Positions 1 to 8,853 are shown, numbered from the stretch's first letter. The stretch is DNA of 55,309 nucleotides from a virus (IMGVR_UViG_3300044518_000003:1-55309), one strand, 5' to 3'. Numbers and translations are program-made. Notes: generated from the letters alone by a model not told the origin.

Positions 1-103
1 GGCTGCAGGGACGCACTCTCTAGCGTCGAGCTGTCACTCTGGACTCGATCAAGGCGGATTCGCCCGCGTCTTTCCAGAGCACTTCTCAATGCCCATACCA
101 AGG

Positions 104-135
104 AGGGCGGAAATCGAAAGGTTTCCGCCCTTTTT
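104..135 (+). terminator. Rho-independent terminator
   Basis: 12-bp stem AGGGCGGAAATC/GGTTTCCGCCCT (one G-U), GAAA tetraloop, T-run at 131-135. Confidence 0.75.
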
Positions 136-161
136 CATTAGTTAACGAGAGGAGTGAATTT

Positions 162-827
162 ATGGCACCGACATTGAGCAAGGCCGAGCGTGACGTGTTC
201 AACGAACGCCGGCGTCAAGTCAAGGAAGAAGGCTTCACCGCACGCGGTGATGACCAGTACGACGCTGGCACGTTGGCATCGGCCGCTACCTGCTACGGCA
301 TGTATGCCGCCGACATGCTGCATCCCATGAGCCAGGGAGATGGTTTTGCCGCCCTCGAGGGCAAGGCACCCATCAACTGGCCGTGGCGCGCTGAATGGTG
401 GAAGCCGAAGAACCCGCGTGATGCGATGGTGAAGGCAGCTGCCATGTTGCTCGCGGAGATCGAGAGCTACGACCGCAAGCATCCGCAGCACGAAATCACG
501 GACGCCAGCTCGGCGGCAAGCGATCCGACGATCGTTACCGGCCTGGAAATCATCCCCGAGATGACGGATCCGCTCGGCCAAGGCTGGGAGCAACCCAACC
601 GCGCCAACATCAAGGTGCTCGATGGCCAGGCCTTCGTGTCGCCGGCAGACTTCGCACGCCTGTCGAGCTATGACCGCTCGTTCCCGTCCGGCGTCTATAC
701 CGGGAAGATGTGGAAGCGCCACAACAGCGGCGTGAACTGGCTGTGCTGGTTCGGTGAAGAGCGTGCCGGCCAGTGCCCCGTGCATCACCTGGTGCTCAAG
801 ATCGTCGAAGAGCCGGTGGCAGCATGA
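162..827 (+). CDS. Two-domain phage hypothetical protein (N-terminal ERRRQ...WPW..WWKP...LLAEIE domain; C-terminal DPLG..WEQP...YTGKMWKR domain)
   Basis: 221-aa ORF, SD GAGGAG upstream; both halves resemble recurrent phage accessory domains. Confidence 0.85.
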   Translation: MAPTLSKAERDVFNERRRQVKEEGFTARGDDQYDAGTLASAATCYGMYAADMLHPMSQGDGFAALEGKAPINWPWRAEWWKPKNPRDAMVKAAAMLLAEIESYDRKHPQHEITDASSAASDPTIVTGLEIIPEMTDPLGQGWEQPNRANIKVLDGQAFVSPADFARLSSYDRSFPSGVYTGKMWKRHNSGVNWLCWFGEERAGQCPVHHLVLKIVEEPVAA

Positions 828-1066
828 CCATGCTCTCCACTCAGATCGTCCCTCACGACGCCATCAAGGTGCTTGATGCCTATGACAAGTCTGAACACGG
901 CTGGCATCTCGTTTCAGTACACAGCCCTGTGAGCAATATCCACGCATTTCAGATCGTGCAGGACTGTGCTGAGGAACCTGTGACCATCCGGTTGTACTCC
1001 GATGGCCGCTGGGAGATGCACACTGAAATCGCGATTGACGGGGGCGAAAAATGCTCGACTCGATGA
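824..1066 (+). CDS. Hypothetical protein (80 aa)
   Basis: ATGA overlap with previous stop at 824-827; start revised from track start 773. Confidence 0.7.
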   Translation: MTMLSTQIVPHDAIKVLDAYDKSEHGWHLVSVHSPVSNIHAFQIVQDCAEEPVTIRLYSDGRWEMHTEIAIDGGEKCSTR

Positions 1067-1584
1067 GCACCTTCGTGAGCGTCTTCGCTGACCTGGACGA
1101 TACCCAGAAGAAGATCCTCGAAGGCTTCACCCGGATGGACTTCGCCACGATCGAACAGCGCCTGATCTCGCACATGATTCGCCCGTTGGGCAAGTCGCGT
1201 GCTGGGGAGCTGGCGAATCTGGTCATCGGCTGTGACTGGGCAGACGGCCCTGATCATGTAGCCATGACCGCCATGCAACGCTGCGGCGATGTGTATTTCA
1301 TCATCGACGACCTGGCCACGATGAAGGAGATCGATCACCAGTGCATCTATGACGTGCTCCAGATCACGCCGGCGCAGCTCGAGCAACGCATTCGACAGAC
1401 GCCGTTTCGTGGAGATGCACTGCTAGGAGACAACGTGATGGATATCAAGGTCGGATTCGTCGATGACTTCCGCTTCATCATGCCCCCGAAGGAAGAATCC
1501 TTCGAGGACCAGGCGAAGTACGCACCCAAGACCCAGGGACAGAAAAAGCCCCTGCCGTATTACCAGGGTAAGCGGAGATTTTGA
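1051..1584 (+). CDS. Hypothetical protein (177 aa)
   Basis: ORF with phage-typical GC3-rich codons, short overlap with upstream gene. Confidence 0.8.
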   Translation: MLDSMSTFVSVFADLDDTQKKILEGFTRMDFATIEQRLISHMIRPLGKSRAGELANLVIGCDWADGPDHVAMTAMQRCGDVYFIIDDLATMKEIDHQCIYDVLQITPAQLEQRIRQTPFRGDALLGDNVMDIKVGFVDDFRFIMPPKEESFEDQAKYAPKTQGQKKPLPYYQGKRRF

Positions 1585-1662
1585 CAGTGTTTGATTATTA
1601 TCTCGGGGCCACATTCGGGGTGAATGTGCCGATTATGCAAATCACATAACTGAGAGACCAAA

Positions 1663-1785
1663 ATGACCGTTCTTCAATACATGGATGCCAACCCTGTCGT
1701 GACCGTTGTGCTCGCAGCAATCGCAGCAGCGGCTATTGCCAGTGTGGCCGTGTCCATCGGCGTAGCTATAGGTGGGAGAAAATGA
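1663..1785 (+). CDS. Small single-pass membrane protein (40 aa)
   Basis: Manual translation MTVLQYMDANPVVTVVLAAIAAAAIASVAVSIGVAIGGRK; GAGAG upstream; ATGA-coupled to next ORF; below ORF-track cutoff. Confidence 0.6.
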   Translation: MTVLQYMDANPVVTVVLAAIAAAAIASVAVSIGVAIGGRK

Positions 1786-1919
1786 CCAACGCAAACCAGT
1801 GGGCGCTGGTGGGACTTGTTCTCATTGGCTCCAGCATGCCGCGATCGATTCGCTTTGTCCTAGGCTGCTGCGCAATCGCGTACTGCATCCAGATCATCCC
1901 ACCCGGGGTGCTGCACTGA
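1782..1919 (+). CDS. Small hydrophobic protein (45 aa)
   Basis: Manual translation MTNANQWALVGLVLIGSSMPRSIRFVLGCCAIAYCIQIIPPGVLH; GGGAG upstream; ATGA overlap upstream and TGATG overlap downstream. Confidence 0.55.
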   Translation: MTNANQWALVGLVLIGSSMPRSIRFVLGCCAIAYCIQIIPPGVLH

Positions 1920-2176
1920 TGGAGATCACCCAACAGAACTTCCGCATCGATGCAGCGCTGCGTGCAGCATTGAAGGCCGGCACGATCTCCGCCGAGGACT
2001 ACAGCTCGGCATGCCGCCGCATCACCGATGGTGAGAACGTCGCCAAGCAGCTGAAGCCCGAGCAGATCATCAAGCTCGCGAACGAATCGTCGGCCACCTG
2101 CACCTCTCGTGAGTGGCTGTTCGAGCAGGATCATCTCGTGGCATTTGCGAGTGCCATCCGTGCTGCTCGCCAATGA
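1919..2176 (+). CDS. Hypothetical protein (85 aa)
   Basis: Start revised to MEITQQ at 1919 (TGATG coupling). Confidence 0.7.
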   Translation: MEITQQNFRIDAALRAALKAGTISAEDYSSACRRITDGENVAKQLKPEQIIKLANESSATCTSREWLFEQDHLVAFASAIRAARQ

Positions 2177-2475
2177 CAGCCTGCACCTACGACAACCCGG
2201 ACACGATGACCCGGGAGTGCTGGCAGGACGGCAGACTGCTGTGTAGCTACACAGCAGAACTGCTGACCCAGGAAGCAGAACTCCCGGCTCAATACCTTTT
2301 CTTTGGTGCGAACGTTGGGCCGTGGAAGCCCGGTCAACTCTTCGGAACCAGGGAAGCAATGGAACCTCAAGATGGCAACCGCACAAGCAATCCCCGCAGG
2401 AGTACAGCTCATGCTGAATCTGAGCGTACTGGAAGCAAACGTTCTGAAGGCAATGATGCAAAACCCGTTGAGTGA
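2173..2475 (+). CDS. Hypothetical protein (100 aa)
   Basis: ATGA coupling at 2173; C-terminal third overlaps next gene. Confidence 0.55.
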   Translation: MTACTYDNPDTMTRECWQDGRLLCSYTAELLTQEAELPAQYLFFGANVGPWKPGQLFGTREAMEPQDGNRTSNPRRSTAHAESERTGSKRSEGNDAKPVE

Positions 2476-2548
2476 AAGTGAAACTGAAGTTGAGAAACAA
2501 CTCCGGTTCACGATCTTCAACGCAATGACCAACGCAGGCATTGTGTAA
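2372..2548 (+). CDS. Hypothetical protein (58 aa)
   Basis: MATAQAIPAG...; TAATG coupling to next gene. Confidence 0.55.
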   Translation: MATAQAIPAGVQLMLNLSVLEANVLKAMMQNPLSESETEVEKQLRFTIFNAMTNAGIV

Positions 2549-3027
2549 TGGCGCGCACCCGATTTTTCCAGTCCCGCAAAGCAGCCGTTCCCAAGTCCAC
2601 ACTCTTTCGCCACACAGCCCAGCAGGAGTTGAGCCTGCAGATCCTTCCGCATGCCCACCTGATGGCGCTTGTCGAAGGTCGTGGTGAGGAGAACGAATTT
2701 CTGACCGTGGTGTTTCGTGTGACAGCCGGCAGCATGCTGACTGTGCACGCCGACGACGAAGGCCGACTGATTCTCGACGTCATCTTCAGAAATGCAATTA
2801 ACGGTCTGATTTCTGTGGGCGACCGCTACAAGAAGCACGGCAAGTTCGGATTCTCCGGGGACGACCTGAAGGATATCAAGGAGGCGCTTTGCATGTCCGA
2901 CGAACTGCAGAAGGTCTGCACCCGCCGCCAGCAGCTCGTGGTCTACCAGCACACAGAGCGCTTCGTGGGTGGCTTCGAGTTCACCCTGAAGAACCTGAAG
3001 GAACTCCAGGCGAGGATTACCCAGTGA
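2548..3027 (+). CDS. Hypothetical protein (159 aa)
   Basis: Clean ORF translationally coupled on both sides. Confidence 0.8.
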   Translation: MARTRFFQSRKAAVPKSTLFRHTAQQELSLQILPHAHLMALVEGRGEENEFLTVVFRVTAGSMLTVHADDEGRLILDVIFRNAINGLISVGDRYKKHGKFGFSGDDLKDIKEALCMSDELQKVCTRRQQLVVYQHTERFVGGFEFTLKNLKELQARITQ

Positions 3028-3473
3028 CCAAGAAGATAGTGGGGCGTCGAGTGTCCCGCGTCATCTACACGAAGCAGGGCAGGCGCCTGTACGCGAGCTG
3101 GCGGTATCTGGAAGCCGTCACCATGCAGCTGCAGCGTGGCGGCCCGCAGACCGTCAACGAACTCATGGAAGTGCTGCACCAGAACACCCACCCGTCAACC
3201 ATGATGGTCATCAATGCCTTGCGTCAGGGGCTGGTGCCATATGAACGGCTGCGCATCTGCAGGCGGGAGCGGCCCTTGCGCTCCGGCGAATATCGCCCAG
3301 TCTATGAGTTCAGCCCGAAGGGCGATGCTGCATGGACAAAACAGTCCGAGGCCGAGAAGACGGCACGCTACCGGCGAAAGAACGCCGGCGTGCTGGCGGC
3401 CCGGGAGATTGCCAGAAAGCGGGGCACCCCCGCTGGACCCTTCGATGGGTTGTTCCCATCCGAGGCACGTTAA
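3024..3473 (+). CDS. Basic protein, possible winged-helix DNA-binding protein (149 aa)
   Basis: GTGA overlap start; GPQTVNELMEVL helix and RPVYEF wing-like strand; very Arg/Lys-rich. Confidence 0.6.
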   Translation: MTKKIVGRRVSRVIYTKQGRRLYASWRYLEAVTMQLQRGGPQTVNELMEVLHQNTHPSTMMVINALRQGLVPYERLRICRRERPLRSGEYRPVYEFSPKGDAAWTKQSEAEKTARYRRKNAGVLAAREIARKRGTPAGPFDGLFPSEAR

Positions 3474-3475
3474 CG

Positions 3476-3493
3476 TTAGAATCAAGTTTGTGG
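3476..3493 (+). promoter_or_regulatory. Intergenic motif TTAGA-N6-TTTG, copy 1
   Basis: TTAGA ATCAAG TTTG TGG; same spacing at 3575 and 13585. Confidence 0.4.
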
Positions 3494-3534
3494 TGCGTCC
3501 TGAAGTGCTCCCCGGCACTTGGGGCGTGTGTTTT

Positions 3535-3565
3535 GGGGCAGTTGGAAACGACTGCCCCTCTTTTT
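3535..3565 (+). terminator. Rho-independent terminator
   Basis: GGGGCAGTTG-GAAA-CGACTGCCCC followed by TCTTTTT. Confidence 0.8.
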
Positions 3566-3574
3566 CCACACTGA

Positions 3575-3593
3575 TTAGAAATATATTTGAAGG
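3575..3593 (+). promoter_or_regulatory. Intergenic motif TTAGA-N6-TTTG, copy 2 (candidate middle promoter for rIIA)
   Basis: TTAGA AATATA TTTG AAGG, AT-rich, between a terminator and the rIIA start. Confidence 0.45.
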
Positions 3594-3605
3594 ACCACAC
3601 ACGCC

Positions 3606-6071
3606 ATGCAAGTCGCAGACATTCAGCAGGAAGCCACCACCGCAACACTCGGTGCACAGGAAACGACCGCAGTCGAACTGGTTGACGACGCAGCGTTCCT
3701 GATCATGATGTCCACCAACCTCTACTCGAACCAGAAGCTGGCCATGGTTCGTGAGGTTCTGTGCAATGCCTGGGACGCCAACATCGAGGCGGGCACCACT
3801 GACACGCCGCTGAAGGTGACGATCACCGACAAGTTCGAGCTCGTTATCGAGGACTCGGGCCTGGGTATTCCGCACGACAAATTCCCCAAGGTCTACGGCA
3901 CGGTCGGCGGCTCGACCAAGAAGACCAACCTGATGGTCACGGGCGGCTTCGGCCTCGGTGCCAAGTCACCGTGGGCCTACGTGGAATCGTTCCGCGTGAT
4001 CAACGAACACGCCGGCATCAAGACCGTAAACAACCTGGTGAAGGCCAGCGTCGAAGCCGAAGGCAGGCCCGCCATCCAGTGCGTCACCTCGATGCCGACC
4101 GAACGCAGTGGCCTCACAGTCCGGATCCAGATGGAACAGAAGGACGTGGAGGTGATCGTGCTCTACATCCGCTACGTCGCCATGCACGGTGACATGCTGG
4201 TGGACTTCACCCGCCAGGACGCCACGATTCGTCTGGAACGTATCGAGATGGACACGACTCCCGGCACCTACAACGTGGCCTCGGACAAGTGGCATGCCCA
4301 CTACATGGGCAACCACAAGCTCTTCGTGCGCTACGGTGCCGTCATCTACCCGATGCTGCAGACGCCTGGCACCCAGAAGGCAGTGGACGTGCTGCTGGAG
4401 TTCATGGAGATCATCGGCTTCAGCCGCATGGTTGTGCAGGCAGCACCCGGCACACTGGCACTCACGCCTTCGCGTGAAGCACTCTCGTCGTCGAAGATGA
4501 CCGAAGACGGCATCACCGATCTGTGCGTGTCACTCGTGGCCCGCATCGAGGAAGATCTCATTGCCCAGGTGCCGGGTTCCATCACGGAAGCCATCAACGA
4601 CCTGGAAAAGGGTGTCAACCGCAGTGTCCTGGATGGTCGTGCAGACGTGTGGCAGTACGTGAACCCGTATGCCGTGCGCCGCTACCTGCAGTCTCCGCTG
4701 GGCACAGCCAAGCGCGCGAAGCATCACCCCGAGCTGCTGGCCGCAGAGCACCGCGGATTCAAGGCGACGCACACCTTCAGCAACCGCTCGGCCACGATCC
4801 AGTACCACCGCATGCGTACCCGGATCAAGGCAGCCTCCTATGGCAAGAGTGGCGATATCCTCAACTGGTTCAAGAATCACTATGTCATGCGCCCGCTTGG
4901 CAAGGTGTTCTTCACCAACAAGGCACTCCTGAAGCTGGAGAACCTGCGCTATTCCGCGAACCACTATCACGACCGCAAGATCGAAGCGAAGGAGTTCGTG
5001 CGTAGACACATGAACGCGGACTTCCGGACACTCAAGGATCTGATCGACGACCCAGTGGTTTTCGTCACGTCGCGTCTGAAAGATCTCCCTGACAGTATCG
5101 ACTGCTGCCCGGAGATCCGCAGCGAACAGGCCGTCTGGGTCTACAAGATCGCAACTGGTGACAAAGACCGTGAAGCCATCATCAAGGCATTCGAGGACGG
5201 TGGCTTCGAGGTCGTTGACCTGACGCTGAATCACGACTGGGATGATGTGGCCCAGGAACTGATCTTCAAGCGCGATACCAAGGCGGCGGAGCAGAAGGCA
5301 AACCGTCCCGCTGGTGCACCTGCTGTCGCGAAGTCGAAGAACCAGCTCATCTCGCTGTCGGCTCTCTACAACGAGCAAGGCAAACGGAAGATGAAGCAGC
5401 ACGATGCGAAAACGCTGACGGAGCATGACGCGACCACGGATACGCCGCTGTTCTTCCTCGAGCTCGACGACTACAAAGCCACCGGAAAAATCGGCCTGTT
5501 CGCCTACTACGTTGACCTGACGGAAGACGAGCGCAAGCACGGTGTCATCGTGCGCAGCGGCACCGAGCGCAACATGGCAGTCAAGCGTGGTGCCCAGAGA
5601 GCGAACGCCTACTTCGCCCAGCGCTTTTTTGATGCGGCTCTCAGTGAGGAGTACAAACGTTACGCGACCCAGTTGCGTAAGCCGAGCCTGCCGGACGATC
5701 ACTTCATCACCTCGACCGATCTGAAGCTCTTCGACACCTTCGGCATCAAGCTGCCGGGGTACGAGAAGCTCACCTTCGATCCGAAGATGGAGCGACTGCG
5801 CCAGCTGGTCAAGGACGTCAATTCGAGCACGATCGGCGCATGCATCAGTGCAGAAGTCGCATCGCTCGTTCACTACAGCATGGTGGTCCAGCAGTACAAG
5901 CTCGATGAGCTGCCGTTCATCAAGAAGCTGAAGACCATGCAGAACGACCGGCTGCTCCAGAAGCTCGGGCGCGGTGAAGGGATCCTCGAACTGCTTGCAG
6001 AAAACCCGGAGCGTAAAGCCGCTCTCAAATCTCTCGTGCAACTTGCACTCAAATCCGGAACCAAGAAATGA
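3606..6071 (+). CDS. rIIA: rIIA-like protein (N-terminal GHKL/HATPase domain)
   Basis: LYSNQKLAMVREVLCNAWDA, IEDSGLGI, GGFGLGAKSP and LTPSREALS motifs; followed by rIIB as in N4. Confidence 0.92.
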   Translation: MQVADIQQEATTATLGAQETTAVELVDDAAFLIMMSTNLYSNQKLAMVREVLCNAWDANIEAGTTDTPLKVTITDKFELVIEDSGLGIPHDKFPKVYGTVGGSTKKTNLMVTGGFGLGAKSPWAYVESFRVINEHAGIKTVNNLVKASVEAEGRPAIQCVTSMPTERSGLTVRIQMEQKDVEVIVLYIRYVAMHGDMLVDFTRQDATIRLERIEMDTTPGTYNVASDKWHAHYMGNHKLFVRYGAVIYPMLQTPGTQKAVDVLLEFMEIIGFSRMVVQAAPGTLALTPSREALSSSKMTEDGITDLCVSLVARIEEDLIAQVPGSITEAINDLEKGVNRSVLDGRADVWQYVNPYAVRRYLQSPLGTAKRAKHHPELLAAEHRGFKATHTFSNRSATIQYHRMRTRIKAASYGKSGDILNWFKNHYVMRPLGKVFFTNKALLKLENLRYSANHYHDRKIEAKEFVRRHMNADFRTLKDLIDDPVVFVTSRLKDLPDSIDCCPEIRSEQAVWVYKIATGDKDREAIIKAFEDGGFEVVDLTLNHDWDDVAQELIFKRDTKAAEQKANRPAGAPAVAKSKNQLISLSALYNEQGKRKMKQHDAKTLTEHDATTDTPLFFLELDDYKATGKIGLFAYYVDLTEDERKHGVIVRSGTERNMAVKRGAQRANAYFAQRFFDAALSEEYKRYATQLRKPSLPDDHFITSTDLKLFDTFGIKLPGYEKLTFDPKMERLRQLVKDVNSSTIGACISAEVASLVHYSMVVQQYKLDELPFIKKLKTMQNDRLLQKLGRGEGILELLAENPERKAALKSLVQLALKSGTKK

Positions 6072-7882
6072 ACAAGACGCTGGTAACCATCGTAGCTTTG
6101 TCGGTGGATAGCCGTCACGCTACCCTCTACATGGCCGATGGTTCGACCATGAACATTCCTCAGGGCGATGCCCGTCTGCCCAGCATCGTGGCGGCCGCCA
6201 AGCTGCCGCTGGAGAAGGGCGAGTCCGTACTGGTGGACGTAACGCCAGTGCTGGCCCAGCGCACCGAGTTCATCGATGCGGAAAATGGCACCCAGGGGAT
6301 GATCAAGTTCTTCCGTGTGGCCAAGACGTTCCTGCGCCACCTGATCAACACCGACTCGCCGGAAAACGTGGACGTGACACTGGCCCTCGTGACACCGCTC
6401 CAGGTCGGCACGTTCCCGGGACAGGACGATCCGCAGCCGGCTATGGCCGACGAGATCGATGTGGAGGCAACGGATTCGTCTTCCCTGGCTCAAGCGGCAC
6501 AACCTGCCGGCCAGACCAACGACGAGAAGGTGGAAGCTGCCCGCACGCGCATGAACATGCTGATCGGCAACAGCAAGAGCACGGCCACGGCTGAGTTCCA
6601 TGCACCGCTCGACGAGTCGACGGAAACGATCGTCGCTGTCCACTCGGGCACCGGCGCCATCGTTCCGGATGCCCACAAGCTCAGTCGCCAGCTGCGCCAG
6701 GCCAGCCGTCTGCAGGACTTCGCCGGCTTCCAGAAGTTCGTGGAACGCCTGTCGGTCATCATCGACCAACGCGGTCACTCGGTCGAAGACCTGATGAAGT
6801 TCATCGAGAAGGGTGACCTGCCGATCGCTGACGATGGCTCGATCGTCATCTACAAGCGCCTCGTGCGCAGCGGCAACGGCGTCTTCCTCGACCCGTACAC
6901 CAAGAAGATCCGCCAGAAGGTCGGCTCGTTCGTCTTCATGCGGGCGGAACTGGTCGATCCGAACCGTCGCCAGGATTGCTCCCATGGGCTGCACGTAGCG
7001 TCGCTCGGTTACCTCGGCAACAGCTATTTCAGCAGCAACGGGGGCGATGTCACGATCGTCGCCAAGGTGCGACCGGAAGACGTATGGGCGGTGCCTCAAT
7101 ATGACGCGACCAAGATGCGTGTGTGTGGCTATCACATCCTGGTCGAGCTGCCGGAAAAGCTCCGCCAGATCGTGAACAGCGGTGGCTCGATCAGCAGCGA
7201 CAAGGACGGTGCCATTCTGCTGAACAGCATCCTGCGCGGTAACCACGTCGGCATTTCCCAACATGTGGAGATCGGCGGTCAGATGGGCGCGAACGTGACC
7301 TACACGGACGTTGAAGATTCAACAGCCACCAGGAAGCTCTCGATAGCCGATGCAACGCGCAACTCGACCCTCGATCTGAACGAGTCGCTGGAGCCGGAAG
7401 TGCCCACGGCACCGGGCGTGCGAGCACATGATCTGAAGTCGAACGAAAGTTCGATAACTTCTATTATGTCCAATGGTTCCAATGTCGCGGATACGCAACA
7501 AACGGGCCAGGTCGGGAGCCAGGAAGGAAATGTTAAATCCCTCGACCAGAAGGGTCAGGCTGCCGAGCTCTATCGCCTGATGCTTGAATCTTCAACACCG
7601 GTCGATGCACAGCGCTATGCAACCCGTCTGAAGGACTTCAAGAAGACGGCACGCAAGGGCTGGGCCGCACTGGGCTTGCCTGAGACGACTGGTGAGGACA
7701 TTGCCGGCATGCTGGGTGAGGTCCGTCAGAGCACGCCGCAGGCTGCGCCCGTGATTCCGAATCACGAAAAGATGCAGGCGCTGGCCATCAAATACCTCAA
7801 AGAAGGTTCTACAAATGTTGAGGTCGCCAAGAAAACGGGGCTCTCCAAGGACCAGGTATACCGCTTGAAGAAGAAGCTCTAA
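6068..7882 (+). CDS. rIIB: rIIB-like protein with C-terminal HTH
   Basis: LPIADDGSIVIYK and VDPNRRQDCSHGLHV motifs; ATGA-coupled to rIIA. Confidence 0.92.
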   Translation: MNKTLVTIVALSVDSRHATLYMADGSTMNIPQGDARLPSIVAAAKLPLEKGESVLVDVTPVLAQRTEFIDAENGTQGMIKFFRVAKTFLRHLINTDSPENVDVTLALVTPLQVGTFPGQDDPQPAMADEIDVEATDSSSLAQAAQPAGQTNDEKVEAARTRMNMLIGNSKSTATAEFHAPLDESTETIVAVHSGTGAIVPDAHKLSRQLRQASRLQDFAGFQKFVERLSVIIDQRGHSVEDLMKFIEKGDLPIADDGSIVIYKRLVRSGNGVFLDPYTKKIRQKVGSFVFMRAELVDPNRRQDCSHGLHVASLGYLGNSYFSSNGGDVTIVAKVRPEDVWAVPQYDATKMRVCGYHILVELPEKLRQIVNSGGSISSDKDGAILLNSILRGNHVGISQHVEIGGQMGANVTYTDVEDSTATRKLSIADATRNSTLDLNESLEPEVPTAPGVRAHDLKSNESSITSIMSNGSNVADTQQTGQVGSQEGNVKSLDQKGQAAELYRLMLESSTPVDAQRYATRLKDFKKTARKGWAALGLPETTGEDIAGMLGEVRQSTPQAAPVIPNHEKMQALAIKYLKEGSTNVEVAKKTGLSKDQVYRLKKKL

Positions 7883-7903
7883 GGAGCTATGTGGGGCACC
7901 GAA

Positions 7904-7949
7904 CTTAAAATATACCTCTAGTTCTGGCAAACTAGAGGTTACTTTTAAG
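7904..7949. promoter_or_regulatory. Long imperfect palindrome upstream of HTH gene (candidate operator/promoter)
   Basis: CTTAAAATATACCTCTAGTT-ctggca-AACTAGAGGTTACTTTTAAG: 20-bp arms, 17/20 paired, ending 12 nt before the ATG. Confidence 0.6.
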
Positions 7950-7961
7950 GGAGTGTGTTCC

Positions 7962-8297
7962 ATGTCTTCTGTGTACCGGGCCAACCGAAAGGCCACTGAC
8001 GACGACATTATTCGTCTAAACAGCGTTGGACTGTCGTTGTCTACGATTGCAAAGCAACTTGATTGTCATCCAACGACGATTACTTTGCGGCTAAAGGCGC
8101 TCAACATACCCCCAGCGGACACTCGACGCACCTTCATGGAAGATGTGTGGGTGTCCCTCTCAAAACAGCAACAGGACTGGCTCGTTAATCAGCTCGGCCC
8201 GCACATATCTGTCAAAGACTTCGTGCGTAACCTGCTGGTCAAGGAGTTCCTAGCTAAGAAGGGAACCAAAAAGCATGACCACGAAGAAGCAGCATAA
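7962..8297 (+). CDS. HTH DNA-binding protein (N4 gp35-like)
   Basis: GLSLSTIAKQLDCHPTTITLRLK HTH; position after rIIB; SD AAGGGAG. Confidence 0.85.
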   Translation: MSSVYRANRKATDDDIIRLNSVGLSLSTIAKQLDCHPTTITLRLKALNIPPADTRRTFMEDVWVSLSKQQQDWLVNQLGPHISVKDFVRNLLVKEFLAKKGTKKHDHEEAA

Positions 8298-8784
8298 AAA
8301 GGATCTGACCACTAATACCTTGAGCGATACCATTCGCTGGTTTGCATTGGCCAGACCCAATCCCACCAGTAAGCAATTCCATACCCAGTTGGGAGTTCAC
8401 TTCGAAGAAGTGGGCGAGATGATCGACGAGATCACTCCTGTCGCCCCGCAAGCAGCTTTCCTGCTGCATGAAGCGAAGGTATCCCTCAAGGCATTGGCGA
8501 GCTATCTGAAGGCTTCCGATGAAGCTGTCACCGTCGAACCGCATGCCCGTACCAACTTCCTGGACGCACTCTGCGACCAGATCGTGACCGCTACTGGCGT
8601 CGGCCAGCATTGTGGTTTCCCGATGGTCGAGGCCATGGATGAAGTCAACGCATCCAACTGGTCCAAGTTCGTCGATGGCCTGCCGATCGTCGATGCGAAC
8701 GGCAAGATCATGAAAGGTCCGGACCACTTCAAGCCCGACCTCTCGGCCTACGTGCCGACTCGCAGTCCGGCCCTCTCGGACTAA
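8275..8784 (+). CDS. All-alpha NTP pyrophosphohydrolase, MazG/HisE-like (N4 gp36-like)
   Basis: HFEEVGEM, LDALCDQIVT, EVNASNWSKF and GKIMKGPDHFKPDL motifs. Confidence 0.9.
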   Translation: MTTKKQHKKDLTTNTLSDTIRWFALARPNPTSKQFHTQLGVHFEEVGEMIDEITPVAPQAAFLLHEAKVSLKALASYLKASDEAVTVEPHARTNFLDALCDQIVTATGVGQHCGFPMVEAMDEVNASNWSKFVDGLPIVDANGKIMKGPDHFKPDLSAYVPTRSPALSD

Positions 8785-8803
8785 GCATCCCCACCTGACG
8801 TCT

Positions 8804-8840
8804 GTCCTGCCCCTGTAGCCCAGGGGCGGGGCTTTCTTTT
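8804..8840 (+). terminator. Rho-independent terminator
   Basis: GTCCTGCCCCTG-tagcc-CAGGGGCGGGGC followed by TTTCTTTT. Confidence 0.7.
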
Positions 8841-8853
8841 GCCTGGAGAAACC

